A stretch of DNA of 16,829 nucleotides from Azolla caroliniana (taxonomy: Eukaryota; Plantae; Polypodiophyta). Below, in pieces: positions 8,500 to 16,829 of this stretch. Position numbers and translations under genes: made by a program. Location of the stretch: NCBI GenBank assembly GCA_043228905.1, contig JBHGNT010000719.1:1-16829 (forward strand), given 5' to 3'. The number at the start of each line of letters is the position of its first letter. Positions within the stretch are counted from its first letter, which is position 1. A model generated the notes under the pieces. The model was not told where the DNA came from. It saw only the letters and a list, made by a program, of their open reading frames with translations, and ran no database searches.

Positions 8500-9102
8500 T
8501 GATGGAAAAATAATCGACACTTTCCAAACTTCACCTCTCGGCCACAACCAAGGAAACACACGAATCGTTGTTGCAGAAAATGGGAAATGCGAAGAATAGA
8601 GTGGAAACACGATTTAACGTGGAAAACCCTGTACGGGAAAAACCACGGGAGTACAAGACTCCAAACCAAAACTATGCACAGAGAAATATACAATGGCGAG
8701 CTGCAAGGCGACGACCTTGAGCTCGCTGTCCTCGCCACAGGCGGCGGAATTACACAGAGGCGTCGACCTCTTCCTCTCTCACGCTCTATCTCTCTCACGG
8801 CTGCTCTCTCTTCACTTCTCTTAAGTGGAAAAACAGAAAAATGAGTAGCAACAGTAAAACTGTTTGCCCTAAGTCATATTTATACACATATGACTTTGGG
8901 GCTATTTACAACTATAGCCTCAAGGGCCCTTGGCAAACATATTCACAGATATGTCCCCGCATCCGGATCTCTCTCCGGGTACATTCATCGTCCGGCTCCG
9001 AAGTCGGGGTCTTCATCATCCGGTTCCGAAACCGAAACCGGGCTTGTCGGCATTCATCTCCGACATCCGACCATCCCATCCGAAGGGACCGTAATCCCAA
9101 CA
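8500..9102 (-). repeat. 5' LTR of element D (603 bp)
   Basis: Direct repeat of 3783-4385, adjacent to the PBS. Confidence 0.97.
8877..8884 (-). promoter_or_regulatory. Putative TATA box of the D 5' LTR (copy at 4160-4167)
   Basis: TATAAATA on the - strand is conserved with LTR B and followed by a GA-rich tract. Confidence 0.7.
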
Positions 9103-9107
9103 ACACC
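9103..9107. repeat. Right 5-bp target-site duplication (ACACC) of element D
   Basis: Identical to 3778-3782. Confidence 0.95.
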
Positions 9108-9162
9108 AAGCAAAACACAATACAACCCATTTGCTTGGATTGATCCAAACAATCCAAACAAC

Positions 9163-9612
9163 ATGTACTCCGAGGAAGAAATGGAAAACCTGTCTTCATT
9201 TACATCCAATGAAGCAGAAAATCAGAATCTCCTGTCATCAACATCCAACAATATTTCAAGAAAGTATTCAATAGAGAAACTTACAAATAACAACTACCGG
9301 ATGTGGAAGGCAAGGATGGAGCTTATCCTAGAAAGAGTAAACCTAAAAGAGCTAGTGGATGGTTCAATGAGCATTCCAAATATACAAAATGGATTGAAAC
9401 AATGGAAGAGTAGAGATTTGGGTGCTAGAATGGAAATCATGATGCACCTCAGCGATGAACAAGTTGATGATGTTCACGATTTGGAGAATGCCCAACAAAT
9501 GTGGGAGTATCTACGAAAACCCCACCAACACTTTGATGGAACAACAAAAGTATTCCCATACAGGACTTTGATGAACCTAGAAATGCAAGAGGGAGAACAA
9601 CTTGATGTATTC
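9163..9612 (+). pseudogene. gag: Element C: copia Gag N-terminal part, interrupted by element E
   Basis: IEKLTNNNYRMWKARMELILERVNLKELVDGS...AQQMWEYL...YRTLMNLEMQEGEQLDVF, then an abrupt switch to TGTTAC at 9613. The sequence is AT-rich, unlike B and D. Confidence 0.88.
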
Positions 9613-10060
9613 TGTTACCCGGCCGACAAAGGAACAAAGACCAGAATGTGAAAGGGATAGTTATTCAGAATATATTTAATTAAGTAAATTAGATTATAAC
9701 TATGTAGTGAACAAACAGACCGGAATCGGTATGCCGATCTGGATCGAGACCAATTCCGAACAGGTGCCAGTTGGCACTGTTTTGTACGCAGCACCGATGA
9801 CCTATATAAAGGCCCGGTTACAATGTATAACTTTAACGGAGAATTAATGTAAGCTTCTTGTTTTATCTTCACGTATTGATTACCGTTCTGAATTAATTGT
9901 TATACCTTACGCGTGTAATAAGTGTATGCCTTATTGCTAAGTAGCTAATTAAGTCGAAGTAATCATTGTGTCTTAAGTTATCTCGCCGTAACACCCCTTT
10001 GGTGAAGTGTCTTCCGGAGACACTCTATGTTAGGCCATTGTCCGGCCCTAAGGAATAACA
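9613..10060 (+). repeat. Putative 5' LTR of element E (about 448 bp)
   Basis: TGTTA...TAACA terminal inverted repeat, TATATAAA at 9803-9810, followed by cagtttt and TGG. The end could be 10062, or less likely 9993. Confidence 0.7.
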
Positions 10061-10067
10061 CAGTTTT

Positions 10068-10077
10068 TGGCAACCAC
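10068..10077 (+). other. Putative PBS of element E (possibly tRNA-Arg)
   Basis: tggcaaccac follows a T-run spacer, as in Athila/Tat elements. It matches TGGCGACCAC at 9/10, which I recall as the complement of the plant tRNA-Arg(UCG) 3' end (not verified). Confidence 0.5.
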
Positions 10078-10115
10078 GATTCCTACACAATCGCAGCGAA
10101 CAGCGGCGGGAATGG

Positions 10116-11885
10116 ATGACGCGACCAACGAACGACCCGGTTACGGAGCAAGCAAGGTGACTTGCTGAACGGCTGAGGAAGCGAGAGGCTTTCCAGCAAG
10201 CGGCAGAAGAAATCAGAGCGGATCGCTGATTTTCAAAAGTGATACGGAGAGTGGCCAAGGAATCACTTCGGCTACCACAAAATTCCTACCCGAACGAAGG
10301 AAGTAGCCTAAGCAGCCTCCGGGAAGCAGAATCCCTTTTCCAACCATTGGTAGCGGGGGAAGGCGAATCCGAAGCATTTTCAGCATTTGAATCAGGTTCG
10401 GACGGGGAATACAACGCGCAGATGAACTACCGTAGCAGTAACAACACCCCAGGCAGACCAGAGGATGAGGACTCGAATACTTTGCCGACACCAGAACCCG
10501 AGTGGACAAGCCAGAAACTCCGGTACCAGAAGTCGACGACGAGAGACCTCTGACACCGGAAGTCAAGGAGGAGAAGTCTCTGACACCACAAGAGGAGCAT
10601 GAAAGACCTCCGACGGCGACAGAAGACCGGGGAAAACCTCCGACACCACCAGAGGAGGAACGACCACCGACACCACCAACCCATGTACCGACACCGGATG
10701 ACGATATGTCGTTCCAATATCCCAGATACCGGGATGATCCGGACACGGAAGCCCACGTCCATGTGTTTCAGCAGACCTAGGAAGCGAACCATGTGTCCCA
10801 ACGCTTAAATGCAGTCGAAGAGGAACGCTCAAAACGGGCAGAGTTCGGCATGACCTTGGAGGGACTGGCCGCCATATGGCACCGAACACAGGATCCCAGC
10901 ACCATCCCCACGTTTGAAACATTAAAGATAAAATGCTTGCATTTCTTCCTCAAGGAGATGAACCAGCGGGAAATGGTTGGGTTATTTTACAGTATCTGGC
11001 AGGAACCAATGGAGAACATCCAACAGTTTATCATCCGGTTCCAACGGATCCACAGTCAGCTCAGCCGGACACCACCCGAGGAAGAAACAAAGGCCATATT
11101 CTTAGCAGCACTCTGGGAACCCTTACGGACGGTGTGCACCGTCATCGATTTCTGCACCAACAGCATAGATCAAGTGAATGACCGAGTTCGGAAAATGGAA
11201 AACTCGAGTTCATGGCTAACCATGGGCGCACTTCAGCGTACGCTACCGACAGAAGAGTACCTCCGTTTCCGACAAGCAGTTCAATGTATGATATGCCTAA
11301 ATGCCGGTCATTCGGCACTGGAATGGACCATGCGTTCCCAATGCTTGCTCTGCCACTCCAGAAGTCACACAATGGAACGGTGTGAGTATAAAACTTGTTA
11401 AATCGACAAGCACCACCGGTCTGACAAATTGAACCACGGAGCAACCGGGAGGAAGAAGAAGAACGTTGGTGGCGAGAGCAGCGCTACCGGCCGACACAAG
11501 ATGTCCGGTATAGCGACCGAAGAGATGCGTATGACCAGTATGATAGACAGGATAGATACCGGGACTATAATGGACAGTATGAAAGATATAACCGGGATCA
11601 TTCCCCTAGTTACAACCACCGACGGGACGACTATGGCAAGGATGACGACCAGCCCCGGCAAGGATACCGCAACAAAAAGAATTTCAATAAGAAACTTCAT
11701 TTCAACAAAAAGGGGCGGCATCCATGGGAACCGGAAAAGGGCGCTCCGAGCAGCCAACCAAACCAAAACCAAGCACTTGCCCCCAGTCCGCCACCAAGCA
11801 CACACACTGAATCCAACAACGCCCGGAAGCCGTACTGCTATTATTGCCGGCAAGAGGGTCACTATAGTAATCTATGTCTGGCAAA
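10116..11885 (+). pseudogene. gag: Element E gag (disrupted)
   Basis: MTRPTNDPVTEQAR*..., FQYPRYRDDPDTEAHV, capsid-like TFETLKIKCLHFF..QFIIRFQ, and CCHC knuckles at 11285, 11342 and 11836. Stops occur at 10158, 10227, 10778 and 11422, with several frameshifts. Confidence 0.8.
10541..10700 (+). repeat. Imperfect ~30-bp coding repeats (E-R/K-P-L/P-T-P) in gag of E
   Basis: ERPLTPEVKE EKSLTPQEEH ERPPTATEDR GKPPTPPEE ERPPTPPTHVPTP. Confidence 0.8.
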
Positions 11886-14800
11886 AGAGCTACGACAAAC
11901 GACCAGTGGTGAACATGGTAGACACGGAAGTCGCGGACATACAACAAGTCACTACAACATCAAAAGGCAAAGCCAAAGAGTGGGAAACTCAAGAAGCCAT
12001 CCGGAAGCAGGCAACTGAATGGGTGAAGAAGGCAAATGAACGGAATGCGGCTAAGCTCGAAAAACAAAAGGAGAATGCCGAAGAGCTCACCGGCCCGGGG
12101 CAACCCGAAAACCCAACATGGCAGGCATTACAAGAATGCCAAATCACGTTGCCATTAGGCCGCCTATTGCAACTGGTACCACGGTTTACGGAAGGACTAA
12201 AGACCGGAAGGACGGTAGCTGACACACCACCGGCTCCGGCATTCTTTTCAAATCTGGAGGAAGGACCGGAAGTGGTGGACACAAGCAGTCTAGCAATCAC
12301 AACCATCGTGAAGGGAAAAGAGCTACTCGACACGATTATCGATGGAGGATCCAGCATGAACGTGATCAGCCTCCGAATGTGTAACACGCTAGGAATCCAG
12401 GAGTGGGAACCGTGTCTGTTTTGGCTTTGGATGGTGGACACTAGCTCAGTATGGCCAACCGGATTAATACGCGATCTAGAAGTGACCATCGGGAGTCACA
12501 CATTTCACATTTCCGCAGTAGTTCTCCAGCTACAAGCTCAGGGAGCTTACCCACTATTGTTGGGATGACCCTGTTTAAAAACAACACACATAAAGCAAAA
12601 CTGGAGGAAGAACATAATTACGTTCTAGCGTGGAAAAACGAAAGCACGAGTACCGACTCAACCACGATCTGGTACTGGCAAGGAATCAACGCCGCTATAT
12701 GCAGAATGTGTTAACATGTTGGAAGGATTGGCGGACGAAGAGGTCGATCAATACTTACAGGAAAATCCGAAGATCGTACCTCTTTTCGAGATTGATGCAA
12801 CCGCAACAGTATCACCGTACGTACTACAACCGGACGGGACCGACGAGGAACCGGATAAAGAGGCAATCCGGGAATTACGGCAAGCACAGGAGGCACTGGA
12901 AAAAGAAATGGCAGTATCACAGTGCGTGAAAGCATCCCAACTAGAAGAGGTAAACCTAGGTACCATAGAGGAGACAAGATCGATGCACATCGCCAAGGAA
13001 ATGACTTCGGAGAACAAAACGGCAATGATCACACTCCTAAAAGAATTTCGCGATGTGTTCGTCTGGTCCTACGAAGACATGTCGGGACTCGATCCTCAGT
13101 TATATCAACACCAGATACATCTGAGCAAAGAAGCCAAACCGGTAGCGCAACGACGTTACTGGATGAACCCGAATTACGTAGCAAAGGTCAAAGAAGAAAT
13201 CGACAAGTTGCTGAGAGTGGGCTTCATCCGACCGGTAAAGAAAGCCACATGGCTCCGCCCGATAGTGGTAGTACCCAAAAAGAACGGTAAGATCAGAGTG
13301 TGCGTCGACTATCGGAAATTGAATGCGGCTACGGTAACAGACGCCTTCCCACTTCCATTTACGGATTAATTCCTGGATGCGGTCGTCGGTCATAAGGTGT
13401 ACAGTTTTCTGGATGTTTTCAGCGGCTATAATCAGATCCGGATGCACCCCGCCAACCAAGAGAAAACCAGTTTTGTCACCGAATGGGGAGTCTTTGTTGC
13501 CATAGTGATGATGTTCAGACTGAGAACGGCACTGGCAACCTTCCAACGAATCATCATGGAAATTTTCGGGGAATTCATTCTGGCATTCATGCAGGTGTTT
13601 TTGGATGACTTCGTTGTTTATAGCCAAGAAGGGGATCACCTTCAGCACCTCCTACTATGCCTAGAAAAATGTAGGGTTTACCGACTAAGCCTAAACCCGG
13701 CAAAATGCGTGTTCGGAGTAACCAGTGGAGCGTTACTAGGCCATATAGTAAGCAAGGACGGTATCGCAGTGGATCCGGACAAAGTAAAAGCAATCCTGGA
13801 GGCACCGGCACCAGCCACGGCAAAGGCACTAAGTCAGTTCTTAGGACAAATTCGGTGGCATAGCCCAATGCTCCGGTATCTGGCAGATCTGGCTACACCA
13901 CTGCATGCCGCAGTACATCGGACACCGTTCTGATGGACGGACACAGAAGACCAGGCTTACCGGGCACTAAAAGTATTGTTGTCACAAGCACAGGTGGTGC
14001 AACCTCCGGATTGGTCCAAAGAGTTCCATGTGTTCGTTGACGCGTCCGACATTGCAATCGGGAGCGCACTAATGAAACTGACAGAATCAAAATGGTACCG
14101 GCCAGTCTATTATGCCAGCCGGAAGTTGTCCCAAGCGGAACATAATTATTCCACGACGGAAAGGGAGGCTTTGGGTATGATCTACAGTGTCACCAAGTTT
14201 AGACACTATCTGTTGGGAAGGAAATTTTCCTTTCACGTAGATCATTCGGACTCCTCTATTTGGTGTCCAAAGCATCACTCACCGGTAAGCTGGCCTGGTG
14301 GACGTTACTACTACAAGAATTTGAGTTCGAGATATTCCACCGACCCAGCATACAGCATGCGGTAGCGGACTATTTAAGCCGGCTGGATTCCGGCGAAACC
14401 AGTGACGGAGTTCCAGACGACTTTCCGGATGCAAAGTTGTTTAGAGTCACAGCAGAAACGGCAACGGATAGTTCGGTCGCAGAGGAAGACAAGTGGCTTA
14501 CTAACATGCACCAATTTCTGAGCACCAGTTTACCTCCGAAGGAGATGAACAGAGACGAAAGGAAACACTTAGCGGTTCAAAGCCGGCACTTCTGTCTATT
14601 GCAGGACACACTGTACCACAAAGGCACAGATTGCATATGGCGGCGTGCAGTGCGTAGTGACGAAAGGGAAGTAATATTGCGCGAGGCACACTGCGGCGTG
14701 GCCGGGGGACATTATGTCGGAGATGCTACGGCAAGGAAAATATGGCAGAGTGGACTATGGTGGCCGACAACATTGAAAGATGCCGTCCGGTACACTAAAG

Positions 14801-15885
14801 AATGTGACCTATGTCAACGAATGGGGCAACCAACTGAACACGCTAGAATGCCTCACCAGCCCGTGCTACCGTTAGAACCATTTCAGAAATGGGGTCTAGA
14901 TTTTGTCGGTCCGTTCAAACCACCAACAATGAGAACTGGAAACTGGTACGTGATCGTCGCTACGGATTACTGCACGAAATGGGTGGGAGCAAAAGCACTA
15001 CGCGACAACACCGCGGCATCCACGGCAAAATTTTTATATGAATGCATCTGGTGCCGATATGGATGTCCGATAGACCTCATAAGTGACCAAGGTGGGCACT
15101 TCTTAGGGCAAGTAGTGGAAAGTTTGACGACATTTTATGTGGTGGTGCACAAACGGAGCACTCCCTATTATCCGCAAGCCAACAGATTAGCAGAGTGAAC
15201 AAATAAAACACTACAAAATATCCTGCGGAAAATCGTCAATGAGAACCGGACGGATTGGGATACAAAGCTGCATAGTGCACTCTGGGCCTACCGAAAGGCA
15301 TATAAAACAAGTATCTACACAATACGGTTCCGCCTAGCATTCGGATTGGAAGCAGTGATGCTGGTAGAGTTCCAGGTCCCGAGTCTACGAATACAGATTT
15401 GGGAACGCCTAAATGAGAAAGAATCAGAAGCTATCTGGTTAAATGCATTGTGCGAATTGGAAGAACACCGACTAGCCAGCATCATGCACCTAGAAGTAGA
15501 GGAACGGCGAAGGAAGGCGTTCGTGGATCGTCACCGAAAAGGGAACGAAAAGATGTTCGGCATCGGTAAGCCGGTACTCGTGTTCCAGACCCGGATGGGT
15601 AAGATGCTAGGAAAGCTACAGTTTCGGTGGACCGGACCATACTGGATTATGTGAGAGTTCAACGGTTCCTACCAATTAGGGACCCTCGCCGGCGAGGTTC
15701 TGGGTAAATGGGTCAATGGGTTCCGACTCAAACCATACAATGGACCCATGCCAAAAAACCCATTTCAACAAGTGAAGGGCGACACAGAACCAGACACCGG
15801 TAAGTCGGAAGCGACTACAAGCGGTCCAGCGTCCGGCAAGGATCACAATCCGGATAGGGGTCTAGTGGGACTGGTTGCTAATTAG
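11886..15885 (+). pseudogene. pol: Element E pol (protease, RT, RNase H, integrase), disrupted
   Basis: IIDGGSSMNV, PIVVVPKKNGKIRVCVDYRKLN, FLDVFSGYNQI, VFLDDF, FVDASDIAIG/YSTTEREALG, EAHCG..GGH..CDLCQ, WGLDFVGP, ISDQGGHF, RWTGPY and VNGFRLKPY. Stops occur at 12566, 13367, 13931, 15196 and 15652 with a frameshift at about 14250. The terminal TAG is at 15883-15885. Confidence 0.95.
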
Positions 15886-16083
15886 CAAAACCATTAAAAA
15901 ATAATAAAAAAATAAAAAAATCAAAGTAAATCATGCAAGGGCGAGGGGTGAACGGACACATTCAAAAACAAGGAGTGAACAGGCACTTTGAAAAGGTACG
16001 TAGTGGGCTATTAATAGGGTATTAAACCACCACCACATGGCACGTCATTCTATTTTAGTACACGACGTGCACATGCGCGGGTA

Positions 16084-16829
16084 ATGAAAAATAAAATAAA
16101 AACAGGCGCCAAGATGCAACAAGAAGACCCCCGCCACATAGAAACTCTCACATTTCGCGAACAGAGGAGCACAAACGCAGACAAGCGATTGAAGATCAGC
16201 AGATGCGAACCCACACACATAGAGACTCCTCACACACGACCCTCACCAACGCTCACCGACCTTGACGAAGCCATGGACTGCCAAGCACTCTCTGAAGCAG
16301 CCAAGAAGTGGCTAAAGCAACACGGCTTAGAGGGTTTCCTCACCATCATGGAGGCTCCACCGCACCGGGAGGCCGAGAAGATAGTCAAAGAAATCAACAC
16401 GGAGTTGATTACTGAGGAGGCCATCCATGCGTTGATTGGTCTTCCGGAAGGGGGAATCTTCACTATCGACAATCCTACCCCGAAACAGCTCCGAAAATAT
16501 TTTGGGGAATACTCTCTCGCAAGCAAGGCCTACCGGACACAGGGCGGCGAAGATCCTCTCTTTCGAGAGATAGCCCGTGTGTTCCATGAATTCGGACATG
16601 TATACCCTCGACCCCCTTGCATGCCCCAGAAACGGGCCGGCTTAATCATAGCCACATATGAAGGCGTGAAGGTGGACTGGGTGGTACTGATAGCGGATGG
16701 CCTCTGTGCGGGCATCGAATCTGTCAGAGGCAAAGAGGGTCGGAAGATATGGACGGCAGTGGCGCAATGGCTCACCCTATTGGCGCCGCCTATCAAACCC
16801 GTCAAGGCCACGAAGCGGGGAAGGACAAC
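16084..16829 (+). CDS. Additional ORF downstream of pol in element E (partial, at least 248 codons), PMD/plant-transposon-protein-like
   Basis: Manual translation shows frame 1 open from 16018 to the window end, with ATGs at 16084, 16114 and 16273. It reads MDCQALSEAAKKWLKQHGLEGFL...LITEEAIHALIGLPEGG...YEGVKVDWVVLIADGL...AVAQWLTLL. It is absent from the ORF track because no stop falls in the window. Confidence 0.65.
   Translation, partial: MKNKIKTGAKMQQEDPRHIETLTFREQRSTNADKRLKISRCEPTHIETPHTRPSPTLTDLDEAMDCQALSEAAKKWLKQHGLEGFLTIMEAPPHREAEKIVKEINTELITEEAIHALIGLPEGGIFTIDNPTPKQLRKYFGEYSLASKAYRTQGGEDPLFREIARVFHEFGHVYPRPPCMPQKRAGLIIATYEGVKVDWVVLIADGLCAGIESVRGKEGRKIWTAVAQWLTLLAPPIKPVKATKRGRT

Larger units (their letters stand above)
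3783..9102 (-). mobile_element. Element D: full-length Ty1/copia LTR retrotransposon, Tnt1/Tork-like, 5320 bp
   Basis: Two 603-bp LTRs, PBS, PPT, 5-bp TSD and a single ORF with domain order Gag-PR-INT-RT-RH. Confidence 0.98.
9613..16829 (+). mobile_element. Element E: degenerate Ty3/gypsy non-chromovirus (Athila-like) retrotransposon running off the window
   Basis: LTR, PBS-like site, gag, PR-RT-RH-INT order, FLDDF RT motif, VNGFRLKPY integrase tail, no chromodomain, no visible extra RNase H, and a downstream extra ORF. Confidence 0.92.

Noticed and set aside
4411-8502. Many + strand ORFs antisense to the D polyprotein
   Set aside because: These are expected shadows of a GC-rich coding strand with no recognisable domains.
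8470-8610. 47-aa N-terminal extension of the 1404-aa ORF
   Set aside because: It runs through the LTR and PBS from a non-ATG start. The homologous start in B and the agaaaATGG context point to 8469.
8890-9651. 253-aa ORF as a novel fusion gene
   Set aside because: It is a chance read-through of antisense LTR D, gag of C and LTR E across two insertion junctions.
11429-11885. Met/Thr/Ile-rich N-terminal half of the 379-aa ORF
   Set aside because: It is the off-frame shadow of the R/D/Y-rich Gag frame. Only the part after about 11886 is genuine polyprotein.
11380-11895. Programmed ribosomal frameshifts at the A-runs near 11390 and 11885
   Set aside because: There is no clear slippery heptamer, and the element has many random lesions, so these cannot be told from decay indels without a consensus.
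15886-15925. A-rich tract as the poly(A) tail of a LINE or retrocopy
   Set aside because: It is interrupted, has no TSD, and such tracts are common in Athila-like 3' spacers.

Overview
This is eukaryotic, plant-type repeat DNA with no recognisable host gene, rRNA, tRNA or CRISPR. It is a nest of five LTR retrotransposons. (A) A degenerate + strand Ty3/gypsy element (1-600 and 1865-3495) with PPT and 3' LTR but no RT or RNase H. (B) A truncated - strand Tnt1-like Ty1/copia (601-1864: 5' LTR, PBS and most of gag) sitting inside A. (C) An old AT-rich + strand copia (LTR about 3507-3754, decayed PBS, gag 9163-9612). (D) A complete, young - strand Tnt1-like copia of 5320 bp (3783-9102) inserted in the leader of C, with ACACC target-site duplication, 603-bp LTRs differing at 3 sites and an open 1357-aa Gag-Pol. 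(E) A degenerate Athila-like non-chromovirus gypsy (9613 to the window end) inserted in the gag of C. The most unusual items are an uninterrupted extra ORF downstream of pol in E, missed by the ORF track and carrying PMD/transposon-protein-like motifs, a three-knuckle Gag with an R/D/Y-rich linker in E, and a conserved palindrome enclosing the TATA box in both Tnt1-like LTR families. I see no evidence for a wholly new biological system beyond these. Family assignments rest on motif recognition, not on searches.
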